From Geosiphon pyriformis uo1 (taxonomy: Eukaryota; Fungi; Glomeromycota), in assembly GCA_016748015.1 (NCBI GenBank), contig JAAOMT010000523.1, positions 310,001-374,000 on the forward strand: a stretch of 64,000 nucleotides of DNA. Reading direction: 5' to 3'. Positions 51,962 through 64,000 of the stretch are shown here, piece after piece. Positions within the stretch are counted from its first letter, which is position 1; the number at the start of each line of letters is the position of its first letter. The translations under genes were made by a program, and so were the position numbers. The notes beneath the pieces were generated by a model that ran no database searches, was not told the DNA's origin, and saw nothing but the letters and a program-made list of their open reading frames with translations.

Positions 51962-54900
51962 TTTTTTTTTTTTTTTATATTTTAACGAGTGAGGTCCAAA
52001 CGCGACCTAGTGCTATACATCATACAAATGATCTAAACTAGGTGCAAATCATGCACTTTCTACACGTAACCAGCCACTTGGGCCAGTCAGGACTACACTA
52101 TACACTTATATACACAAAAACCAAATCTCCAATACCTGAAAAAAATGGACAAAATTTACGAAACCCAAAACCAACACCAAATGCCTTAGCCACCCCCAGC
52201 AATCTGACCACACCAGCCAAAAGCACCTTAGACAAACCAGAAACCGAAGCAGGAATGGAGCCATCACTTGGAATCAAACCATGCTTCTCCATAAACGCTC
52301 GGTGTCTGGCCCGGACCAACCAAACATCATCCCAAAATGCTAAACAAAACTCATGCACAAAGCTCACAATCCTCTTAGCACCCTCTCTAGAATCTTTAAA
52401 GACCGAGATAGACTCACGAAACCATTCATTGAAAACAAAACCCTTACACAAAGCAACACTAACTCCAACCTCAGAAACACAAGAAGCTAAGGCCTATAAG
52501 ACACATGAAGAAGAGCGAGAAAGGCCAGAAAGAGCCTCCCAAGTTGAAGCATGTGTGTCCAACAAACGAGCACGGCCAACGGCATCCTGAGGACACGAAA
52601 AGACATGATCCGAGGTCTCAACATCACCACAAAACAGATAGACCACACTGGGGTAACTCCTGTCATATAAACGCTTGCGCACAGCAACAGGAAGCCGATG
52701 ATAGAGAGCCTTCATAAAGTAAGTACGACATCCCGCCATGCGCATGCTGGTAAAACTGGATGCCAAGTGAGAATCAGGATGCCATACCATAGAAGACATA
52801 GACCAATTGACATCAGCATGCAAACTATCATCCATAACACGAGAACCCACTCCAATCTCCCAACAAGCTCAGTAAAACGACCGGAAAACATCACGAACAA
52901 AGTGTCTAGAATTACCAGAAACCACCGTGCCACCAGCACATAGAAAACATTCACTGACTAAATGAGGTAGGTGCCAAGCAAAGTGAGCAGCACCCTTGGC
53001 AAGTGCATCAGCATGCTCGTTGCCTGAGACACCTGAATGACCTTTCATCTTAACCCAATTCACATCCAAATTCTTTTGACGAATGATGGTGGCAATGTGA
53101 CGACGCTCAATCCAACAGCAGTTCCTGAAATCCGGACAAACCAGCGAAAACTCCAACCTACATGCATCTAAAGCAGTCTGGCTATCTGAGAACAAGTCAA
53201 TCGAACGAGAAAAAGGAACACACTCAAGGGCCAAAGCTATGGCCTGCAGTTCCGTCAAAGTAAAAGAAACCAAACCAGACACCCCAACACCCAAACCCAA
53301 GTTAATGTTCTCAAAAAAAGCAGCAGCACCTGCTCTCATGGCAGCAGTGCCCAGACCAGAAAGAGACCCATCCGTATATACAGAAAGGCGGGCAGCATCA
53401 ATGGTTGGCAAAATGTCACGAATCACACCAAAATTATGAGAAAGACGAATATCAGACACAGCTTGACCATCTACCAAAGAAGAACTTGAGGAGAGAGGAA
53501 CAATACCACCAAGAAAGCAAATGGAAAAATCAAACCAGAAAGGGACTGGGCCACGAGGGTCTAGCCTTTTCCAGCGTTTGAAGGTACCCCAACTGAAAAC
53601 ATCACCATTACAGTCACGAAGCTGTTCCACGAAAGCAATTCCATAACGCCTAAATGAAGAGATGCACTTGAAAAAACAGGATTCACCAAGAACCAAAGAC
53701 ATAGGAGTACCACACTGACGATGAAAAGCACAATCCAGAGGGCCTCCCAAAGACAAATCACACCCAGAAAAAATGCGAACTACACCCGCCAAAAAATTAT
53801 CCGAAGGACTGATACCAACACAAACCGGAAACAGCAAAGGATGATGAGGACGCCAACTGAAAATCTGGAGGTCATGAGACCTATGAGAAAACAAGCGACC
53901 CAAGACACCAGTAGAATTCGCAAAAGCAACAACGGAAGCCGATTTACTCTTAGTCTGTATCTGTTCGAAAGTTTTTAAATTGTACAAAGAGGGGTGATGA
54001 AGTGTGTCACTGGGAAAATCATGTGGCAACCCAGACTTGGACTTTAAGACCTTGCAAACCAGAGCATCCCNNNNNNNNNNNNNNNNNNNNACCAAGAACC
54101 AAAGACATAGGAGTACCACACTGACGATGAAAAGCACAATCCAGAGGGCCTCCCAAAGACAAATCACACCCAGAAAAAATGCGAACTACACCCGCCAAAA
54201 AATTATCCGAAGGACTGATACCAACACAAACCGGAAACAGCAAAGGATGATGAGGACGCCAACTGAAAATCTGGAGGTCATGAGACCTATGAGAAAACAA
54301 GCGACCCAAGACACCAGTAGAATTCGCAAAAGCAACAACGGAAGCCGATTTACTCTTAGTCTGTATCTGTTCGAAAGTTTTTAAATTGTACAAAGAGGGG
54401 TGATGAAGTGTGTCACTGGGAAAATCATGTGGCAACCCAGACTTGGACTTTAAGACCTTGCAAACCAGAGCATCCCATTTACTACAAACACCAACAGAAA
54501 CAAAACTGAACTGAGTCCTGTAGCTGATAATAGGGAAAAGAACTGCAGACACCAAATATGCACACTGTTTGTCCGAAATTGTCTTTCTTAAAACAAGATT
54601 CGCAAAGAACCGTACATCAGCCTGGGCCTTAGCCAAGCTGGGCTTCGAAAGACCCTCAGAAGACAAAAAAATACCCAAATAGCAATGAGATTTCCCTCTC
54701 TTGGCAATAGAAATAGGTGCACCACTGATAGTCAAATGAGGATCTAGCACCCGGCAATTGATGGGGATGGCCACCATTTTGTCATTGTTTATAGAAATAT
54801 CATTAAACCTAAAAAACTTGCTAGCAACATCAAGGATGCATTGTGTAGCAGCCTGGCTGCTACCAACCCAGATAGTATCATTGACAAAAGTGCTGGCAGC

Positions 54901-57900
54901 AAGAAACGAAGACAGTCCAGCTCGAGGATCCACCCAGCCAGTCCTTGATATGAAATGAGAATTCAACCTGTAGCCATACACACTATCCTGTCTCTTGACC
55001 TCACACAAAAGTGAATCATAAAAAATATGCCAGAGAAGAGGCGAGAAAACTTCCCCTTGATTCAGCCCATTGTGGACACAATACCCATCAGTCAAGCCAA
55101 AGTTGGTTATTACTTTGTTGATGCGACCATTGTGAATACTGCCAAAAAATCTAATAAACCTGTCACACATTTTGATCCTGACTAGACTCCTCCTAAGATG
55201 TTCCCAACCAACCGAGTCATAAGCCTTGCGCATGTCCTGTAAAACCAGCCAAAGTTCATGGTTCTTTTCCAAGGCATCCTCAACCACAGAACCGATAGCA
55301 AAAATGGGAGATTGAGTTGTCATACCCTTCAAAACCGAAAAATTGTCCCCACGAAGAACATTAAAAGTGCTGCAAGCCAGAGAGATCTTATCCAAAAGAA
55401 TTTTGGAGAGAATCTTGCGGGCCGTTTCAATTAAAGCTATAGAATGGGTGTTTATGAGAACTCCCTCCTATTCATATGGTTTAGGAATCATCGAAACCCA
55501 AGCTTCTCTCCAAGGCCCAGGGACCGACTTGCCAACCAAACAGAAATTCAAGAGCACCAAAAGCATATCCAAAACAGATTTGTCACAATGTTTCCATAAT
55601 TCATTGAAGATACCAGAAAGACCAGCCGCTTTTCCATCAGGAAGATCCTTAACAACAGCTAACAACTCATCAAAACTAATCAAACACATGACATCAGAGA
55701 AAGCACCATCAAATACGTAATCCAGAGGCCGATATTGACGGGCCCAATCCTCAGATAAGTCAGACACCACCTCACGTTTTCTGGTCCATCCCTCCATAAT
55801 TTCGTCCACCTTAGACTTAACCAAATCAGGCTCTAAAATCAACTCATCTTCTAAAACCAAATGATCCAGGACCACTTTGTGAAGAGGATGCTCCAAAACA
55901 CTCCTAATGGTATGACCCTTGTTCAGCTCAAAACTCTCCATTCTCTTACCAATAGCTTGCTTGATCGAGGATTCCTCAGTGCGCTTAAATTCCGCTAACT
56001 TGAAGGAGCGGTATGATTTTTTAGCTTTGGCCAGTGCAGAGCAAATAAGATCAAAATTAGAACCTGAAAGAAATAGAGACTTAACCACTGATGCACCAGG
56101 AGAGTCGAGTCTGTGCCACACTTCCAACAAAGAAGCAAAACCATCACTAGAAGCCAAACGTGAAGCCTTAACCAACTTAGAAACCAGCAGCTTCAGCTTG
56201 TGAAACCTAGAAGAAGTCTTGGTGAACATGCCATCAAAATCTTTGAACCATTTTTTCTTAAATGTACCACCCGCCGAAAGAACCATAATCTTGCGAACAA
56301 TGTTCCACATAGCATCCACATCTGAAAATTTTACAGCCATACCGAAAGCATCTAAGAACATAGAGACATTAGCAGCTGAGACATCTCTGAACTTCAACCA
56401 CTTAGCTTCATTGGCACTTTTGACGTCAAACTTCCAATGATCTTTATTCGCTTGCTTGCAAAGAGAATTCAAACGCGTATCCAAGAGCCCACCCAGACCC
56501 AAATCCACTGAAACAGCTTGATGGTCTGTGTCAAAATGCTCATTGACATTCAAAACCTCACGACGCACTATCACATTGACAAGACTTAAGAAGACAAACA
56601 CATAATCAATTGTTTTCTTAACGTCCCTAGAATTTTCTCAAGTGGGCATTTTTGCAGCCAAGCTGCCAACTAAAGAATTGACCAGACCCAAATCAAAGCA
56701 TCTTTTGAAACTTGCACTTTTATGAGAGCCGTCTTCATTAAAATCGCCACCGAGAATGATGAAAGAAGATTTGTTGACAGTCTTTGCAATGAGAGAATTG
56801 ATTTCATCAGCTTGAGAAAACCAAACCATCAAAGAAGCACCAGCATAAAGCCCCAAAATTGACACAGAAAGTTTATTCTTAAAAAGTAATTTAATGGAGA
56901 GGAGCCGACCAGGCACCTCAGAAATCTTGCACATATGACGAGCCAAAGAAACGTCCATAATAATAGCAACACCTGCACCCAAGTGACCAGAGTCTAAACC
57001 AGAAGTGAACACTCGGACACCATCGAACTTGTCTGCAATCCACGGACGAACCCTACTCTTTAATTTCATTTTAGTAATGATAGAGACTAAATTGTTCATT
57101 TCCTTATGCCACCTAATAATGTCTTCTTGCTTAGCAGGATTGTTCATGCCCCTAACATTGCACGTAGCAACTTTCCAGACTAAACTGCTCATTGAGTAAG
57201 AGGTAGAGATACCGAAAGCGCACCTAAACTGTCCACTTTGGCCGAAAGGCCCAGAACTGTTTCTATTAGACACTTCATGCTGTCTTCCAGCTTAGACACT
57301 AATGACATATCAAAAGACACTGCTCCCACGACATTCCCACCACTAGTGAACACACTCGAACCCTCACTTATCACTACATCTGCCCCTTGATCCTGTGATG
57401 AAGGGGTCACCAACAGCTGACATCCAGGGCTAGGCTGGGAAACCGTTGGCCTGAGTGCATCCAACCTCTTAGCCAGCTTACCAACTTGCTCCGCAAGGCT
57501 GGCGAGACTGCGCTCAAGAGCGGCGAACCTATCGTTGACTTCCATCATAACCGGTTGGGACGGCTTCATCTCTGAAGAGGAGCCATTTGTTACCACAACA
57601 TTCTGACTAGAGAGGGGGAGCGAAAAAGACCCGCGAGCAACCTTTGCCCAAGAAAGACCACCAAAAGAGACTGGATGGGCAACTGGAGCCAAGCGTTTGG
57701 CATAGATGGTTGCCAGCCTGCTTTTATCCATATCTGAGAAAACCCTACACAGTGAACTACTAGAAGACAATTTCCCACCAACTGCACAACCCAATGACGT
57801 GTGACCCAATTTCTCACACTTGGTGCATTTAGCAGAAATGAGGCAAGACCAGTGGAGATTGGTGTTCCTGAGTACTGGCGTGGTTCCCACAGTAGCATCC

Positions 57901-59127
57901 AATGATTCAGCAGAGTCGAAACAAACAACAGCACACCTGGCCCGAGCATACGTAACAGAATAACAATCAATGACGCACGTTTTCTCACCCACAGATCTAA
58001 CAAAGTCCCAGATATCATGAGCATTGGTTCCCATCGGCAACGTATAAAGTAGCGCCCTATGTTGGTCCCTAACATCCCATGCTTTCTTGTCTGAATCAGC
58101 CCTAGTCATATGCACAGCATCTTTCCCGATTAAGATGGACTACTCAGCTGCAGCCAAATCAGCCTGATCCGATCATTTAAATTCCACCACCGCCTTCTGC
58201 CACAGCCCGATTAACTACATTTTGATCATCCTAATAACTCCAAACTCGGATAGCACAGCACGCACAGCCTCAGACAATGTTCCAACTGGAATTTCTTTCA
58301 CAACCACAGCCCAATCTGATCACCCAGATGCTTTTTTGAGATTAGCGTTTACTAAGATCTTCGCATTTGCAGCTTTATCAGTAGTTTTCATTAGACTCGA
58401 TTCGGAAGTGAACGTCGCCCTGATGATTCCTGAGAATTTTAAGGGGGTAGATGCCCCCCCAAAACCATTGATTCCAAAAAACAACTTCCTTACCACCACA
58501 AGTTTTTCCTGAGAAGATTTGCTGGCCACTTTATCCAAGCCAATATCCAATGCGAATGATTTTCTGACTGAAACATTGACCAAATTTCTCACAGAAGGAG
58601 GGAGCTCAAGAGAAGCATCTGAGAAAACACTATCATCACTACCATCTTTTAAGAAGTCAATTTTTCTCAATGGCTTGCCCAACGCCTTTTTGGTTTTAAC
58701 CTTCGAACTTGTGAGTATCTGATCATAATCTCCACCAGCCAGAGTTCCACTTTTACCATAATCAAAGCTGGTTTCCTCTACTAGACACTCCTCTTTCATA
58801 TCAACACTTTCAGACTCAGTAGTGTCCCCATTCTCCGAACCCCATGAACAAACACCAGGAACTTCAGCAGCAACCCTTCCGTTATCAACACCCTCTGCCA
58901 ACACACTTCTCTTCCTCTTTTTCCTTGATGCAACCACTTTAAAACCACTCTCAGAACCAGAAACTTTAGCAGTCTTTTTCATAACAGCAATAACAGAGCC
59001 AACAGTGGCCTCATAATTGAAAAACGGTTTTGATTTATCATACTGAATGGTAAAAAACTTCTTTCAAAAAAAACTTTTGACTCTTTTTTGAGAATTTTGG
59101 ACGAAGGAAAGAAAGACGTTTTTTTTT
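51962..59127 (-). mobile_element. Full-length, youngest LINE (copy E): ORF1 about 58982-57189; ORF2 57192-52098 (APE-RT-RNase H-zinc finger)
   Basis: TSD GCTTTGATTATT at 51950-51961 and 59128-59139; poly(A) tail. ORF1 knuckle CTKCEKLGHTSLGC; APE ATCNVRG, GGDFN, TDH; RT LQDMRKAYDSV, FVNDTIW; RNase H VYTDGS, KGHSGVSGNEHAD. Confidence 0.96.
53685..54476. other. Assembly gap (N x20 at 54071-54090) flanked by a duplicated 386-bp contig overlap
   Basis: 53685-54070 appears identical to 54091-54476 and both abut the N run. Confidence 0.93.
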
Positions 59128-59783
59128 GCTTTGATTATTAAAGTATTAATATTATTAATCTAATTTAACTTAATACTTATTACTTTATTTTATTAAAAAA
59201 ACAAATTATTAAAATTACTTATTTTTGGCCAATGTTTTTAGTTAATTCAAAAATTCAATTTTTTTTAATAATTTGAAAAAATATCTTTTAATTAAAATTA
59301 TTTATAAGTTATTAATTTTTTTTATTTTAAAAATATTTATCATTTATATTACAAATAAAAATAATTATTTAAATATTTAAAAATTCAATAAAATATCAAA
59401 AAATATTTATAAGAACCATAAAAAAATATACAATAAAGAATATAAAAATATTTTAGAAAATATTTTTGTTAGACAAACATAATAAAAAACTATTACTAAT
59501 AATTTTAATAAATACAATAAATACAATTATACAAAAAATTAATATTACTTACTAAAGAAATTATTTATTTTTGCTAAAAATTAATAAAATTCATAAAACT
59601 AACTTTTAAATCTTTAGATTTATTATACTTATTAAATATTAAATAAAAAATATGTTTTTTATATTAAAACTTTTATATATATAATTTAATTTAATAATAT
59701 ATTATAATATATTATTTTTGTTATTTTAAAATAGTAATTACTGTTATTAAAAACTAATAATTATTGTTATTATAAGCTAATAA

Positions 59784-59904
59784 ATCCGAGTGACTGGTCA
59801 CATATAGAAAGCACGTAAGTTGCATTTAGTTGGAGTCACTTAATCTGATTCTATATACTAGATAGTGATTGGGCTACACTCATAAAATATTAATAAAAAA
59901 AATA
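59784..59904 (+). mobile_element. Minimal LINE retrocopy containing only the 3' UTR and A tail
   Basis: Matches 46325-46450. Candidate TSD ATAAG(C/T)TAATAA at 59772-59783 and 59905-59916. Confidence 0.8.
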
Positions 59905-62900
59905 ATAAGTTAATAATTATTATATATTTTTTTTTATTTTTAGATTATTATTTTGTTATTTATATAATTTATTATGTTTTAACTTTTATAAATCTGTTAT
60001 TTTTACTTATTAGTACTATCCAAATTCAATTTATATCTCCAATAATCTATTTATTATTTAATATAATTAATTAAATTATATAAAGTTTTGACAAAATATT
60101 AAATATTATTAAAAAAAATTATTTTTTCAAAAACAAAATATTTTTCTAAAATTCTAATTGCAAAATAACATTTGAATCAGTTATTATACCAGCCAAAAAG
60201 TTTCTTTTGAATATTTAAATGGCTTTTAATTTTAACTATCTTATATATAATTTTTTTTTTCATAATAATATTAACTATTTGATATTTTATTTATTTAATA
60301 CTTATTATGAAAATTTGGATTTTGGGGTTTAATTATTAAAGTTTAAAATTTTAATTATTTGTTATTTAATTATTAAAATTACTTTATTATTATTATTAAT
60401 TAGTAATATTAAATAAAATTAACATTAATTTACAAAAAATAATTAATATTATATATAAATTATATTTTAAATTTTTTAAAACAGTAAAAAATTTTGTAAA
60501 TTAAAAGTACTAAAAATTATTTTTGGTATTATATAAATTTGATTTTTAAAATAACTTGTTTATTTAAAAAATATGTAATTTAGACCTTACAATATATTTT
60601 TATAATAATTAAATTAATTAATTTTTTTTAATTGTTTTTACTTTTAAGAAAACATTTTTTGTTGTTTTCTTATTTATGATAGTAAAAATAGGTGTTGATT
60701 TTTTTTTCTTTTTTGCTTTGGTTGTGAACATGAAAAAATTCACATTAGATATAAAAAACAAATAAAAAGATTTGCTTTTATTTAAAAATAGAGTTTATGT
60801 ATTCCATTTTTTAAAATAAAAATAAATAAATTTCAACATAAATTTTATGAAGTTTCAAAATATTCAACGAATATTAATTTTTTGCATCTAAAATATAAAG
60901 TTGGCTAAAGCTTTAAATTTATATTCAATAATTTAATAAATACAAAATATGTAATAAATCATATTGTACAAAAAAAATAGCCAATAGCCAATTAGTTTTT
61001 AGTTCAAAATCAATTACAATAGATTTGCATTTTGTTGTCATTGAAAACCAGAATTCTTTTTATATATAGTTAATGTTTAGTGTCTACAGGCTTAATTTTT
61101 TTCTAAATGTATCGAAACTAGCATTTTCAAAGATTATTGATTGGTTAAAATTATGCAAGAATTGACAATGTAAATTTTTCAATTTTAATAAGGTATGTTT
61201 CAAAGCTTTAAAAAACATCATCTCAGTTAAAAATAATACTAGAAAATATCGGTATATTAAAAAACGAAATGTATTTTTGGATTTCAATAGTATCGATCCT
61301 TCAATATCCATTTTGTAACATGCTGAACTGAATACAACATTTGAGTTGGAAGTTTTCAATAGAGCTACAATCAATTTAGTATGGAATTTAACCTTTTAAT
61401 TATTAGGTTCCGGATGTTCAGTTATCTGATATTTTAGGAACATTTTCATAGATACTTATTCAAATTTGATTTACTCGTCTAAAAGCTCATGATTAAAAAC
61501 AAGATTTAAAATAATTGGGAGAATTCGTGCGCGGTATGCATTTCTTATTTTTAAGAAACTTTCCAGACTTTTGAAGCGACAATAAAGTAGTTGATGAAAT
61601 AATCCACCATCCAATCTATATTCCACATGATAGAGACAGTGAATATGGCGGAGTCAATTATTATGAATGAATTTCATGGAATATTTAAAGAATATTTACA
61701 AAATTGTAAAAAGGAGTTTTCGGCACTATTACGGGCCTATTGCTCGGCCTTGGCAACTAGATGTTGACTGAAACGATAATGGGCTCAGAAAAAGATTTTC
61801 AGAAAAGTCTTTATATAATTTTTTATCTTACGATTCGTCATATCTGACACCTCAAACGGTTGGATGACGATTGAATCAAACTCGCGAGTAAAAAAACAGG
61901 ATCGCTTTTCTGTGGATTTCATTCTGCAAACGCACAATCCTTCGTTGTATGTGCGAGACTCCTTTACCGAGTCGTTGAAATTTTAGGTGATTTAAAATTT
62001 ATAATCGAAAATTAATCCACTAACTGCTAAATAATACCAAAGCTTTTTCCTATTTTCGATGGAGAATAATTTTGAACTTTACTCTTCATGAGAGTTTAAT
62101 TACTTATACTTCCTTTTAGGATGATTAGGCAAGAAGCTTTCGTCAAATCTTATTCTAGATCAAGAACAAGTTGCAATCTAGCTGGTGAACGGATTACCAA
62201 TTGAAATACGTTAAAAATTTTCAAATAATTTTGACACAATTCAAAAGTCTTTTATTTTATTCAGATGAAATTGATATTGATAAGGTTGAAATATCTACTT
62301 CAATGCATCTAAACTCCAAGTTGGAATAGAAGTTGGAGGCTTTATTTTAAGACTATTGGAAAATAAAAACAAAATTTTGATTCATTGTTTATAAGCTATA
62401 TAAAACAGCAAGGAAATATATTGACAACGACAGTGGAATTCATTATAGTAACATAGAAAGTTATAAGTTACCAAATAATATCTATATTATTTGATTATCA
62501 AATTATTTAATAACTTATAATTATTCTCCATATAATTTATATATATATATATATAATTGAATTTTCTCTTAATTAAAAAAGTCAGTAACTTTGATTTGTT
62601 CAAAAATTGGTTTCGATTTTAAAATATGAAAATATTACTTTTTTAAATATTATTATCATATTTAAAAACCACAAAGTATTAAAATATGCCAATTTTCAAA
62701 AACAAACTTTTTGTTGAATAGTTTAAGCCAAAAAAATAAACTTTTCTGAGCTTACCAAATTAAAGTATTAATTTCTGTCTTATTTTTATGTAGTCAAATC
62801 ATTTTAAAAAGTAATAAAGTACAATTTGATAGGATATAATTTTCAGATTGATAATGTAAAAAATTTTTTATAATGCAATTTGCTCATTATTTAGTTTTGA

Positions 62901-63591
62901 AAAAATGCATTGGAAGTTTTCTATAGATTTTAACATTGCAAAAATTAAATTTGTTTCTTAAAGCATTTTAATTAAATATCTAAAAAATTAAGTTTTGCTA
63001 AACTAATTTTAAGAGCTTTTTCAATATCTTGAATCATTGTTTAAAAAGCACTGTTATTTGGAAAAAGCTTTGCAGTTTTAACTAATATTGCTAATCATAG
63101 TAACCAAACTAAAAATCAAATAAGTTCAAATATTATTACAAGTGGAAATAAAAAATAATTTAATTAATAATGCATGTTATAAATTAATTAATATAAGTAA
63201 TGAAATGTTAAAATTAATATTAAAAAACTTATTATAATTAAAATTATTATTAACAAAAAATGAACCAACAAAAATTGATACGTTATTTTTTAATATTTAT
63301 CAATAGTATTGTGTCATTATTGACATTTTTTAACTATTGAAATTTTTTTATTTGGCCGAAAATCTTTTATTTCATTTTTAAATTTTGTTGATAAAAATTC
63401 AAATTTCCAATTTCGTGTGATCAGTAATTTCGAAACATAGTAACTTGCACAACAAAATAATAATAATAATAATACTTACTTTAATACATTAAACATTTTC
63501 TACATGTTATATACATAAGAGTATTTAATATTAACAAAGTTATTATAAAAGTGTTTCTGTAATGTTAAAAAAATTTCTGTTTGATTATAAC

Positions 63592-63703
<112 letters not shown>

Positions 63704-64000
63704 CCAAATATTACTCTAAAGAGTGTTATTCTAATTAATTCTTACTGTATATAATAATAGAATTAACAAATAAATTTGTGATTGAATTTTGTTTTTTTAA
63801 CTGTTATCTTCTTTATTATTTGTAAATAAAAAAATAATGATAATAAAAAAATATTTTTTATATTGTTAATAAATTTATAATTATTCTTAGCAGCTGTTTA
63901 TAAATTAATATATATATTCAAAAAACAATATACTGTAAATTCCTAAAAATATATAATATTCTTCAAAGATTCGGTCTAAAATTGATAATAAATAGTGAAT

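Noticed and set aside
53685-54476. Apparent 386-bp tandem duplication within LINE ORF2
   Set aside because: Identical copies directly flank a 20-N gap, so this is an unmerged contig overlap.
52042-59016. Numerous + strand ORFs over LINE E and similar antisense ORFs over other elements
   Set aside because: Shadow ORFs opposite real coding frames, with no recognisable motifs or conservation between copies.

Overview
Eukaryotic, AT-rich, intron-containing fungal DNA; the repeat content and gene style suggest an early-diverging fungus such as Glomeromycotina (inference only). The first 4.7 kb holds two convergent spliced genes: the 3' part of the bifunctional purine enzyme ADE5,7 (GARS-AIRS, + strand, with one probable GC-AG intron) and a MID1-like Ca2+-channel subunit (- strand). 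From about 5 kb to 61 kb is a transposon graveyard. It contains at least seven copies or fragments of one LINE family (ORF1 with CCHC knuckle; ORF2 APE-RT-RNase H-zinc finger) at very different stages of C>T/G>A decay, a solo LTR inside one LINE, and a DD34E Tc1 relic. It also contains a three-level nest: LINE < Ty3/Gypsy element A (16766-36776) < Ty3/Gypsy element B (25635-35788), with B inserted inside A's primer-binding site. The two Gypsy families have dissimilar LTRs but share an unusual layout: gag-PR-multi-CxxC Cys-rich domain-dUTPase-possible degenerate dUTPase-like domain-RT-RH-IN-extra non-env ORF3. They also share TGTTAC...GTAACA termini, 4-bp TSDs, U5 hairpins and a gag frame that appears to start inside the LTR. 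All elements are inactivated by stop codons. A 386-bp duplication around the N gap is an assembly artefact. All alignments and translations were done by eye.
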